A stretch of 49,442 bases of DNA from an uncultured Lachnospiraceae bacterium (GTDB lineage Bacteria > Bacillota > Clostridia > Lachnospirales > Lachnospiraceae): contig CATJIW010000196.1 in assembly GCA_949740745.1 (NCBI GenBank), forward strand, positions 1 to 49,442, in the 5' to 3' direction. Positions 1-8,595 of this stretch are shown here, piece by piece. A program made the translations under genes and the position numbers. The number at the start of each line of letters is the position of its first letter. Positions within the stretch are counted from its first letter, which is position 1. The notes beneath the pieces are model-generated. The model saw only the letters and a program-made list of their open reading frames with translations, was not told the origin of the DNA and did not search any database.

Positions 1-69
1 GGACGCCGTGTCCGGGATATAGTAATGGGCGTAGATCAGCAATCGTTTTTTTTCACTGCCCTGATGCAT
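1..69 (-). CDS. GT4 glycosyltransferase (WbuB/WcaI-like), 5' end only, runs off the window
   Basis: Manual translation from ATG at 69 gives MHQGSEKKRLLIYAHYYIPDTAS; 'LLIYAHYYxPDxAS' is a typical N-terminus of this GT4 subgroup. GGAAGGGG RBS lies upstream. Confidence 0.65.
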   Translation of the reverse strand, partial: MHQGSEKKRLLIYAHYYIPDTAS

Positions 70-136
70 GGTCCGTACCCCTTCCTGCAGCTTTGAAAAT
101 GCATTTCCTGTAGTGTAGACATTACTTCGACAGTCT

Positions 137-167
137 AAAGTCTGCCGGCACTTTCCGGCAACAGACT
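137..167 (-). terminator. Intergenic stem-loop (weak terminator or mRNA stabiliser)
   Basis: agtct-gccgg / ccggc-(aac)-agact imperfect inverted repeat downstream of the stop at 191, with only a short T tail on the minus strand. Confidence 0.4.
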
Positions 168-190
168 GCCCTATTTTTAAAAAAGGCATT

Positions 191-1348
191 TCATCGACTT
201 AAAAACACCTTTTCATACTCGTTTGCGATATGTTTCCAACCGTAAGCTTCCCGAACCCGCCGCTTTGCCCGTTCACCAAGCTCTGTGCATTTCTTCTCGC
301 TTATGGCGTCGGCTTTATCCAAAAGAGCCGCCAGATTCCCGGCATCCTTCGTCCAGTAGAGAGCGGCATCCTCTCCCACTTCTCTGTTGAAACTAACCTT
401 TAGAAGCAGGTTCAGATCGGTACTGCCAAGAGCCTCCAGAAGAGAAGGATTGGTCCCGCCCACTTCATGCCCATGAAGATATCCGTAAGCGTTTTCCCGG
501 ATCTTTTTAAGCAGCTCCTGATCATATACGGTACCGACAAATTTGATCCGGCTGTCAGACCGAAAATGCAGCCGTTCTTCCAGCCTTGCCGCAAATCTGT
601 CATTTACCGTAGTAATGATGGCCAGATCCTTTTGTGTCTTTGACTTCATAAATTCCCGGATCATGGTTTCAAAATTATTCTCAGGAACAAACCGTCCTAC
701 AACCAAATAATACCCATCCGGATTCAGCTTCCTCTCCTTCATCCATTTTCTGTACTTCAGATCATCATCGGATAAAGGCGACGGTGTGATTTCAGATCCA
801 TAAGAAATGTAGACCGTCTTCGGATGACAGGAAGCATACTGCCCCTGGATATAAGCCTCAATATTTTTACTGTCACAAATCAGCAGATCGGAATGCTTCA
901 CCGTGAGACGTTCGGAAAACCTCCAGTACTTCCGCACAATCCAGCTCCACTTTCTCCGCAGATATTCATGTCCGTCCGGATTCGTGTATATGACACCGCC
1001 CAGCCTGTGAACCTGTTTCTGATAATACTTCATAAAAGGACCGATCCGGTAAGCCAAGATATAAATAATCGGATGTTCCACATGATTCTGTCTGATATAA
1101 GCAATACAGGCACGTAAGGAAGCCACATCATAAAAAATCGCCTGAGCCGCTCCCAGCTCCAAAGCCCTGATCTGAAAACATCTCGCATTGTGATACTCGA
1201 ATTCTCCGGTTTTCGTGTCTTTACAGGCGACATGATATTTTAACCCCGGATGATCCTGATGATATTCCGTCAGCTTGTCCACAAAGGTCTCATATCCGCC
1301 ATATGCACCTGGGATGCCTTTGGAACCAATGATAAACACCTGCTGCAT
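191..1348 (-). CDS. wchF: DUF1972/GT4 rhamnosyltransferase (WchF/Cps2T/RgpA/GacB family)
   Basis: Motifs VFIIGSKGIPGAYGGYETF, NPDGHE, VGRFVPENN and HGHEVGGTNPSLLEAL. Start moved to MQQVF (1348), behind a GGGAGAGAG RBS. Confidence 0.88.
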   Translation of the reverse strand: MQQVFIIGSKGIPGAYGGYETFVDKLTEYHQDHPGLKYHVACKDTKTGEFEYHNARCFQIRALELGAAQAIFYDVASLRACIAYIRQNHVEHPIIYILAYRIGPFMKYYQKQVHRLGGVIYTNPDGHEYLRRKWSWIVRKYWRFSERLTVKHSDLLICDSKNIEAYIQGQYASCHPKTVYISYGSEITPSPLSDDDLKYRKWMKERKLNPDGYYLVVGRFVPENNFETMIREFMKSKTQKDLAIITTVNDRFAARLEERLHFRSDSRIKFVGTVYDQELLKKIRENAYGYLHGHEVGGTNPSLLEALGSTDLNLLLKVSFNREVGEDAALYWTKDAGNLAALLDKADAISEKKCTELGERAKRRVREAYGWKHIANEYEKVFLSR

Positions 1349-1385
1349 GATCTCTCTCCCACATCCTTGCATCTGCAGACAATTC

Positions 1386-2189
1386 CTACTGCCTGTCCTG
1401 CTGTTCTGACGGTGCCGGCTCTGCCGCTGAAAGGTTATTACCAGAATAATAGATTCGATAATCATCAATCAAACCTGCCTCCTGATAATTATACACTCCC
1501 GGCACACTTTTTTCAACCTCATTCCACTCATAAATTACGACAAATTCATACCCCAGCTCGGAAGCCCGCCTGAAAATGAAATCATAATCCGCCTGGCCGC
1601 TCTCAATCTGGTAATACATTCCCCACTGATCTTCATTGGCATCCAGGATATATCCCAATACATTTCTGCCGTACATAGGCCGAATCTCCCCGGAATATTG
1701 GCGAGCCTGACACAAAAAAGGTCTGGGAAGAATACATCTGGGAGCATCCTCCAGTTTTAACATAAAATCACATACTTCCTTTACCTCTCTGTCCACCTTC
1801 TCCGGATTCTGAGCCTGTGTAAAGCCTCCCTTTCGATAAACATTGCTCCCATTAAAGAGCAAAAACAACAAAGCCATTGTTAAGACCATCACTTTATCTG
1901 CCATTTTAGAAGCCGCCTGTACTAATTTTGTCACTGCATAGGCAATGACCACCGCATCCGGTATCACCCAGAACAACCTCCAATAAATAATCTGATGAAA
2001 CACAAGAAAATACAGCAATGGATTCGCAACGCAGAACACCAAAAGCGCAATCGGATATAAAAAACGCTTTCTTTCTTTTTTTGCATGGGCATACAGATAA
2101 ATATAAGAAGCAATAGCCATCATCAAAAAAAAGCCGTCCCCATAATATTGCTGATACCAATATGAAATCTGGTTCATTGCCTCTTCCAT
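1386..2189 (-). CDS. Hypothetical membrane protein (about 4 TM helices plus C-terminal soluble domain), partner of DUF6077-like gene
   Basis: Hydrophobic N-half with NPL...YWRLFWVIP motif; GAGGAG RBS. Confidence 0.7.
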   Translation of the reverse strand: MEEAMNQISYWYQQYYGDGFFLMMAIASYIYLYAHAKKERKRFLYPIALLVFCVANPLLYFLVFHQIIYWRLFWVIPDAVVIAYAVTKLVQAASKMADKVMVLTMALLFLLFNGSNVYRKGGFTQAQNPEKVDREVKEVCDFMLKLEDAPRCILPRPFLCQARQYSGEIRPMYGRNVLGYILDANEDQWGMYYQIESGQADYDFIFRRASELGYEFVVIYEWNEVEKSVPGVYNYQEAGLIDDYRIYYSGNNLSAAEPAPSEQQDRQ

Positions 2190-2214
2190 CTCTATCTCCT
2201 CTGTTGCCTCTCCA

Positions 2215-3243
2215 CTATTTTATAAAATAGTATATCAGGTAGTATATCCCGTTTGGAATAATCATCATCCAAAATCGCAAAGTAATCTTCCATTTTCTTT
2301 TAACCACACCATAAAGAAATCCAAAACATCCCAGCAAAAGCGCTCCGATAATGACTCCCATTCCCGACATCAAACAAAGCGCAAAATCCAAAAACATCAG
2401 ACAGATATAATCATTTTTTTTATTATACTTATAAATCCACATACAAAGCAAAAACATTGCAGGGATCCCAAGCCCCGCAATCACCGCCTTCCCCTGCCAC
2501 AGGCGAAGCATGGCAAATGCCTCTGCACTATATACAGAAAAATATCCATATATCTGCAAAAACATCAATACATTCAAAAAGACACAACGATGCAGAACAT
2601 CCTTTCCGAAAAACTCCTCAGAAAGCATCCACCACACCCCGAATATTGCAGTAAAAAGCGAAAGTGGAAGAAAGGTATGCGCAACAATTGTTGGAGAAAT
2701 CCCTGTCAATTTTCCACAATAAGCCAGATATACAGCCCAGGGAGCAGTCACATCTTTACTTAGTTCTCCAAGCCATGTATTGATCTCATTCCCAGTATTC
2801 GGATCCGTCAAAAACATTCGATTTGTTCGAACAATATCTACTGCATTCACCACGAACCTGGAATCATCCTCATCAATATGCTTTCCCCATAAAACTGCCA
2901 GAAAAAATAATATGATCAAAATCCCCGTGACCAGGATCACTGCCTTCTCTTCCCCGGTCCTTTTCTCCCTTTGGATCCTCGGAAAATCCCGCCGATACAG
3001 GCCATAGCCGCACAAAAACACAATCCAGGCAGTAAGCAGGATGATCACCGTCCAGAAGGATGCCTTTATAAGCACGAGAGGAACAGTAACCAGCTGGCAG
3101 AAAGCCCATATCGCCACCAGCCCCAGCAGGTAAAGCTTCGGGATCGTCTTTTTGATCTGCAGAGCGTCACAGAACCCGTTCCCTGCCACATAAGGCACCG
3201 CCCAAAGCACCAGCACCGCCAGCGCAACATTTATTATCGACAT
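2215..3243 (-). CDS. DUF6077-like polytopic membrane protein (possible GT-C-type fold)
   Basis: Many TM segments, an acidic DEDDSRF loop after the early helices, and an RLWQGKA motif; GAGG RBS. Confidence 0.65.
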   Translation of the reverse strand: MSIINVALAVLVLWAVPYVAGNGFCDALQIKKTIPKLYLLGLVAIWAFCQLVTVPLVLIKASFWTVIILLTAWIVFLCGYGLYRRDFPRIQREKRTGEEKAVILVTGILIILFFLAVLWGKHIDEDDSRFVVNAVDIVRTNRMFLTDPNTGNEINTWLGELSKDVTAPWAVYLAYCGKLTGISPTIVAHTFLPLSLFTAIFGVWWMLSEEFFGKDVLHRCVFLNVLMFLQIYGYFSVYSAEAFAMLRLWQGKAVIAGLGIPAMFLLCMWIYKYNKKNDYICLMFLDFALCLMSGMGVIIGALLLGCFGFLYGVVKRKWKITLRFWMMIIPNGIYYLIYYFIK

Positions 3244-3263
3244 AAATTCATCCTCTGATTCCG

Positions 3264-4748
3264 TCAGCTTATGGTCACGCTTCCGATTATCTTCACCTGA
3301 TTCTGCCTGCAGATCTCAACCTCTTTGCGCAGATCATCATAACGGGATCCTCCGATCCGCTCCACAAACACCACCCCGTCTGCCGCCGCCATGGCTTCCA
3401 GAGACTCCGGATCACAGACAACAGATTTTCCGTACTGTACCGAAGCAATATCCGCTTTCATTTTGCCGCAGAGCAAAGCCTTCATCTGCTCGCATGCTTC
3501 ATCACTGCATACCCCGGTCAAATACACGGACTTCATATCAGCTTTTTTTGCCCCGATGCGAACACCCGCACAAATCATGCGGATGCACTCTTCCTCCGAA
3601 AACTGCCTGCTTTTCTCTTCAAAACAGGATGAAATCCAACGATCCACCACATTCAGAAATCTTCGCTTCGGCCTTGCCGCAGAAAGTGTTCCCAGACTGG
3701 GAATGCCAAAGCATTCCTCCAGATCCTCCCTGACGCGGAGCCTTGCAGAAAAAAGATACCGGCAGGCCAGATAACAACAGGCCAAAAATACGCCTGCCGC
3801 TGCCCCTAACAGGATATACTTCTTATGGAAGAGCTCTACCTGTATGTTTTCTGCCGGCTGCTCTGCCTCAGGAAGCGTTTCCGTTTCTTCTTTTTCACCT
3901 TCCGAATCGGCCAGCAGAGCATAATAATATTCCTTCTGGGGATCCGTCATATTATTCGCAAGACCGTTCATGCTGCTGATCAGGCCGTTATATTCATCCC
4001 TCTTCTGCCTTTGCTCCGTAATCAGCTCCGGGCTGACATTTTCATAATAGGATTCCTGAATCAGGGTAATGTCAAAATCCCCGTAAATTTCCTGGAGCTC
4101 TCCGGTATTTTCCCTCACCGCCTCCTGGATAATGGGAGAAAGCGCCCTGCAGTCTTCCTCACTCAACCCGTGGATTACGATAATCAGGATATTTCCGGCC
4201 CCCTCTGCAGAAACAAGCTCTCTCACATAGGAAGCGTCGCATTCCGCCTCCATGGATTCTGCCAGAACCTCCGCCATCTCCTCATAAACGGAAGCATTGA
4301 GGATTTTTCCTGCATAGGAAGTAAGAATATCCCCCGTATGGTCTTTGGACGCCACGACCGGATAAACCGCTTCATAATGATTATCGATCAGATATTGAAG
4401 TTTCAGAGTCGGTATCCGGCTGGGATCGAATTTCATACGCACGGAACCGGAAAGATACTCGTTCAGCAATTCGCCGCTTTTCTGAAAATCCCCATAAGTC
4501 TTTACCGCAGCCTGTACCACGTCGATCTCATTGTCGGTCAGCTCCGACTCAAGCTTTTTAATCTGCTCTGCCGCTGTCAGCGGTACCCTTTCCGCAGGCT
4601 TTTTTGCCGCTTTCGTATTTTTCATATATCCCACTGCGCCAAATAAAACTGCTCCAAGCGTCAGCCAAACAAGAATCAGCCTCCATCTCAGCAGAATCCG
4701 GTACAGCAGATCCTTCAGGCTTATAGTCATTTCGTCCGTTCCATTCAT
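3264..4748 (-). CDS. Wzz/Wzc-like polysaccharide co-polymerase with degenerate C-terminal kinase-like domain
   Basis: TISLKDLL..ILLRWRLIL plus TM1, large coiled-coil loop, TM2 followed by EDLEECFGIPSLG, and C-terminal ADGVVFVER...IIGSV. Start moved to MNGTDE (4748). Confidence 0.75.
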   Translation of the reverse strand: MNGTDEMTISLKDLLYRILLRWRLILVWLTLGAVLFGAVGYMKNTKAAKKPAERVPLTAAEQIKKLESELTDNEIDVVQAAVKTYGDFQKSGELLNEYLSGSVRMKFDPSRIPTLKLQYLIDNHYEAVYPVVASKDHTGDILTSYAGKILNASVYEEMAEVLAESMEAECDASYVRELVSAEGAGNILIIVIHGLSEEDCRALSPIIQEAVRENTGELQEIYGDFDITLIQESYYENVSPELITEQRQKRDEYNGLISSMNGLANNMTDPQKEYYYALLADSEGEKEETETLPEAEQPAENIQVELFHKKYILLGAAAGVFLACCYLACRYLFSARLRVREDLEECFGIPSLGTLSAARPKRRFLNVVDRWISSCFEEKSRQFSEEECIRMICAGVRIGAKKADMKSVYLTGVCSDEACEQMKALLCGKMKADIASVQYGKSVVCDPESLEAMAAADGVVFVERIGGSRYDDLRKEVEICRQNQVKIIGSVTIS

Positions 4749-4771
4749 AATCCCACTTCTCCAAATATTTT

Positions 4772-6196
4772 TTATCTTGCTCCGCTTCCCCGGAAAACAA
4801 GCAGAATTGTCTTCAGAATAATCTTGATATCCAAAAGCAGAGACCAATTATCGATGTATTCTAAATCCAGCTTCACAACCTCGTCAAAATCCTTGATATC
4901 ACTGCGCCCGCTGATCTGCCAGAGGCCCGTGATCCCCGGCCGGAAGCTGATCCGCCGTTTCTGATGATAATTATACTGTTCATATTCGTCCACTGTCGGC
5001 GGCCTTGTCCCCACCAGACTCATGTCTCCCTTTAACACATTCCAGAACTGCGGAAGCTCGTCGATACTGGTTTTTCGAATAAAAGCTCCCACCTTTGTGA
5101 TTCGGGGATCATTTTCCATTTTAAACATCAGCCCGTTTACTTCGTTCTGGGCCATCAATTCCTTCTTCCGTTCCTCTGCATCGGCATACATAGACCGGAA
5201 TTTATAAAACTTAAATATCCTGCCGTTGACCCCCACCCTCTTCTGGCAGAAGACCAGAGGACCCTTTGATTCCAGAAGCAGAAATGGTGCAAGAATAATC
5301 CCTGCCGCCAAAGTGAAAGCAAGTCCCACCAAGGAACCGGCAATATCCATCAGCCGCTTCACGATCACCATCCGGTAATCGAAAAGCCGGCTGGAAAACG
5401 CCACCACGTGATACTGTTCCAGCCTGTAGATCTGCTTGGTCCCATGATTGTCCAAATTAAAAAGATCCAAACTCAGACTGACTACAACTCCCATTTTTTC
5501 CAACTCCAAGATCATATTTTTCAGATATGACTCCCGTTTCTGTATCTCATTTACATGAATGAACACCTCATCCACCACATGCTGAGTCGCAAATTCCAGA
5601 TACTCCCCTTCTCTGCCGGAAATGAAAGGGACTCCATATACCTCCTCCGGCGGCTCCGTTTCGTCCAGCAACATAATCCCGACAATCTCCCAACGCACTT
5701 CTTTGGAATTGCGGAAACGCCGCAGCACCTCCTTCAGCTTGTCCTCCGTAGTCACAATCAGCAGATTTGTCTTCTTCCGGATATTTAAATGAAAGAAACG
5801 GTCCCAGTTTCGAATAAAAATATGCACGGCCCAGATCAGACAGGTGTTAATTACAAAAAAATATCCCATCACCAGCCGTGAAATAAACATATCGTTTTTA
5901 ATGGCAAATCCCAAAAATATAGCAGTCGCAATCAGGATCAGATTATACTTAATACTCAGAAAAGCTTCCTGATAGCGGTCTCTTCGATAAAGGCCGTCAT
6001 ACACTCTCAAAATATAATAAGCCGCCACATGGATCACTGCTATAATGCTGAACAGAACGTCGAAATCTACCACACCCACAAACATTCTGATACTCTGATA
6101 CCGCAATGCCCCTGCGACAGTAAGGCTGCAAAATGCCGCCAGCATGTCTATCAAACAAACCACTATCTCCATGATTTGATTTTTCTTACGGTACAT
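4772..6196 (-). CDS. Priming undecaprenyl-phosphate glycosyl-1-phosphate transferase (WchA/CpsE/WbaP-like)
   Basis: KFRSM, DPRITKVGAFIRKTSIDELPQ, GDMSLVGTRP and PGITGLWQISGRS motifs; N-terminal TM helices. Confidence 0.93.
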   Translation of the reverse strand: MYRKKNQIMEIVVCLIDMLAAFCSLTVAGALRYQSIRMFVGVVDFDVLFSIIAVIHVAAYYILRVYDGLYRRDRYQEAFLSIKYNLILIATAIFLGFAIKNDMFISRLVMGYFFVINTCLIWAVHIFIRNWDRFFHLNIRKKTNLLIVTTEDKLKEVLRRFRNSKEVRWEIVGIMLLDETEPPEEVYGVPFISGREGEYLEFATQHVVDEVFIHVNEIQKRESYLKNMILELEKMGVVVSLSLDLFNLDNHGTKQIYRLEQYHVVAFSSRLFDYRMVIVKRLMDIAGSLVGLAFTLAAGIILAPFLLLESKGPLVFCQKRVGVNGRIFKFYKFRSMYADAEERKKELMAQNEVNGLMFKMENDPRITKVGAFIRKTSIDELPQFWNVLKGDMSLVGTRPPTVDEYEQYNYHQKRRISFRPGITGLWQISGRSDIKDFDEVVKLDLEYIDNWSLLLDIKIILKTILLVFRGSGAR

Positions 6197-6246
6197 ACCC
6201 CACCCCGATAATGATTATTCTGCCGTATCAAACCCGACATTTTTTT

Positions 6247-6274
6247 ATTATACCATAAAAGAAAACATACGCAA
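6247..6274 (-). promoter_or_regulatory. SigmaA-type promoter for the priming-transferase sub-operon
   Basis: Minus strand reads TTGCGT-16 nt-TATAAT with extended -10 (TGGTATAAT), in an AT-rich intergenic region. Confidence 0.7.
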
Positions 6275-6290
6275 TGAAAAAACAAGATTT

Positions 6291-6307
6291 TGTAACCTTT
6301 TTGTAAT
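6291..6307 (+). promoter_or_regulatory. WalR(YycF/VicR)-type direct-repeat box
   Basis: TGTAAC-CTTTT-TGTAAT matches TGTWAH-N5-TGTWAH exactly and lies just upstream of the -35. Confidence 0.55.
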
Positions 6308-6342
6308 ATTCCCTTATTTTTTCCGGATTTTTTCCATATTAT

Positions 6343-8595
6343 TTAAGCTTCTGTCTGATTCAGGGGCTCTCTTGTAAAATTTCGAAGCGAAAAATCAGAA
6401 GCCAGCAAAGTCAGATTCGGATTGTAATACGGATCCCCATCGGTAAGAATCTTTTCCCAGCGTTTTCGGAAGGTCTCTACCTCACGGTCAAAACGGAGGA
6501 TTTTCTCCGGCGTATCTTCAGTGCCCCTGGATTTTGACTCATAATGATAAAGCTGTGCAAAAGGATTGTAGGCCACCAGCTTCCCCAGGCTCCGTACTTT
6601 CAGGCAGTAGTCAATATCGTTAAAGGCCACCGCCAGTTCCTCGTCAAAACCTCCCGCAGCCTCAAATACGCTCCTCTTTGTCATCATGCAGGCAGCTGTG
6701 ACCGCACTGTAATCCTGAGCGCACATGGAACGCAGAAAATAGGTCTTCTCACTTTTATGAAAACCTACAAAGGCGTGTCCGGCAATCCCTTTATACCCTA
6801 CGACCACGCCGGCATGCTGGATGGTATCGTCGTCATAAAAAAGCTGCGCTCCGACGATCCCCACCTCCTCCCGCTGGCAAAAGCCCAAAAGCTCTTCAAT
6901 ACAGTCCGCATGGATCAGCTCCGTATCGTTATTTAAAAACAGCAGATACTCCCCTTTCGCATAAGGCAGGGCAAAATTGTTGATGGCCGAAAAATTGAAG
7001 CCGGTTCCTTTCCAGCGGATCACCCGCAGCTTTCCGTAGCTTTTCTCCAACTCTTCGTAACAGCAGAAGGTTTTCTCCTCCGTACTGTTGTTTTCCACCA
7101 CGATTACTTCCAGATTTTGATAAGAAGCCCTTTCTAAAAGAGAACTAACACAGACCCGTAAATCATCCGTATGATCCTTGTTCGGAATAATCACGGAAAC
7201 GAGGGGCTCCCCTTTCACCGGATACCGCACCCGGTAAGCCCCCAGCACCTCGTTTTCCTCCACCTCCACCGTTCCGATCCCTGCCCTCTCACAATGGGCC
7301 TTAATAGCTCTCGCCCCGGCCTCAAAGGCATACAGCTTCTTTTCCGGATCCTCGGCCGTAGAACCCGCATTGACCCTCCAGTGATACAGGACCCTGGGAA
7401 TATGGCAGATGACCTCCGCAGCTTCCGTACAGCGGAAAATAAAGTCATAATCCTGAGAACCGTCAAATTCTGGCCGAAATCCTCCGACAGCTTCCACCAG
7501 CGCCCTTTCTGCAACGAACAGATGAGAAATATAGTTCATGCTGCGAAGCAAATCCGGGTTGAAATCCGGTTTAAAATGAGCGTCAAAATAGAAAGCCCGG
7601 CCCCGTTTTACAGTCAGCTTATCCTCATCAGAATAAAGTACCTGCACCCTGCGGCCCTTCTCCTTCTCCCGGCTGATCCGAAGGGCGCACTCATACAGCG
7701 CATCCTCCGACAGGGTATCGTCATGATCCAGAAGAACGATATAATCTCCCGATGCCATAGAAAGAGCTGCATTGGTATTTCCGGCAATGCCCCGGTTTTC
7801 CGGCAGACAGGTATACAAAATCCTTCCGTCCGCCTTTTGATATTCCTGAACCTTTTCCGAAAACCTCTCCCCGTCAAATCCTTCCGTGCCGCTTCCGTCT
7901 GCCAAGCAGAGCTCCCAGTTTCCGTAAGTCTGCTCCTGAACAGATCTTATCATTTCTGCCAGAAGCTTTTCCGGCGTCCGGTAAAGAGGCACAATAATAC
8001 TGAATTTGAGCGCAGGCGCAAACTCTGTTTTTCGCTGCTTCTCCAGTTCTGCCAAAGAAGGCTGCACCTGAGACCGCCAGTCGTCATACTTGTCTTTATT
8101 CTTCTTTAATTTGCCCAGAAGCTTTTTAAAAAATGCCTTCCATCCGTATTGCTTCAAAATGGCAAAGCCCCGTCCAATGGTATCCGGCCGGAACAATTGG
8201 CGCAGCCGCACAAAAGGGACTGTGCGCTCTTGTTTGGTCCCGCCGGCCTCCAGTCTTCCCCGGATCGTCTTTCCGTCTGCACGGAATACAATCTCGTAAA
8301 TCTCCCCGGCTTCACAGGAAAAAGTAATGCAGAACCCCAGCTTTAAGGGACTCTTTCCGAGGAAAAATTCCCGGTTCACGTCAAAACGCCCTGCATCTGC
8401 GCGGGCAAACGGAACGCTCCCGTTCCGCTTCCCCACAATCTCAATCTCCACAGGCACATCAGGGGAATCGCTGACCGCCCACCCTGAAACCACCATCTCG
8501 AAGTCTCTTTTTTTGATATTGTCAATATAATAGTTCACGGTTCTCCCCCGTTGCCATCTTCCTTTCGGCTTCGGAATACTTTCAAATTCTGTCAC
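6343..8595 (-). CDS. Two-domain GT2 glycosyltransferase (putative rhamnan polymerase) with N-terminal beta module
   Basis: Domain 1: FSIIVPLY...LLDHDD...YSDEDK...FKPDFNPD. Domain 2: VSVIIPNKD...LFLNNDTE...AVTAACMM...FNDIDYCL. GTG start overlaps the upstream TGA. Confidence 0.9.
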   Translation of the reverse strand: MTEFESIPKPKGRWQRGRTVNYYIDNIKKRDFEMVVSGWAVSDSPDVPVEIEIVGKRNGSVPFARADAGRFDVNREFFLGKSPLKLGFCITFSCEAGEIYEIVFRADGKTIRGRLEAGGTKQERTVPFVRLRQLFRPDTIGRGFAILKQYGWKAFFKKLLGKLKKNKDKYDDWRSQVQPSLAELEKQRKTEFAPALKFSIIVPLYRTPEKLLAEMIRSVQEQTYGNWELCLADGSGTEGFDGERFSEKVQEYQKADGRILYTCLPENRGIAGNTNAALSMASGDYIVLLDHDDTLSEDALYECALRISREKEKGRRVQVLYSDEDKLTVKRGRAFYFDAHFKPDFNPDLLRSMNYISHLFVAERALVEAVGGFRPEFDGSQDYDFIFRCTEAAEVICHIPRVLYHWRVNAGSTAEDPEKKLYAFEAGARAIKAHCERAGIGTVEVEENEVLGAYRVRYPVKGEPLVSVIIPNKDHTDDLRVCVSSLLERASYQNLEVIVVENNSTEEKTFCCYEELEKSYGKLRVIRWKGTGFNFSAINNFALPYAKGEYLLFLNNDTELIHADCIEELLGFCQREEVGIVGAQLFYDDDTIQHAGVVVGYKGIAGHAFVGFHKSEKTYFLRSMCAQDYSAVTAACMMTKRSVFEAAGGFDEELAVAFNDIDYCLKVRSLGKLVAYNPFAQLYHYESKSRGTEDTPEKILRFDREVETFRKRWEKILTDGDPYYNPNLTLLASDFSLRNFTREPLNQTEA

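Noticed and set aside
2215-3243. Apparent GC drop within the DUF6077-like gene as a recombination breakpoint
   Set aside because: Spot counts of individual 60-nt lines were inconsistent and may reflect Phe/Ile/Lys-rich membrane segments.
1386-3243. Two membrane ORFs as a frameshifted pseudogene
   Set aside because: The second ORF has its own GAGGAG RBS after a clean 25-nt gap, consistent with two real genes.
6197-6342. Invertible promoter controlling the glycan locus
   Set aside because: No flanking inverted repeats found and no recombinase in the window.
7171-8109. Long plus-strand ORFs (also 3825..4646, 18357..19169, 20514..21422, 48259..49197)
   Set aside because: Antisense shadows of well-supported minus-strand genes, with no recognisable motifs.
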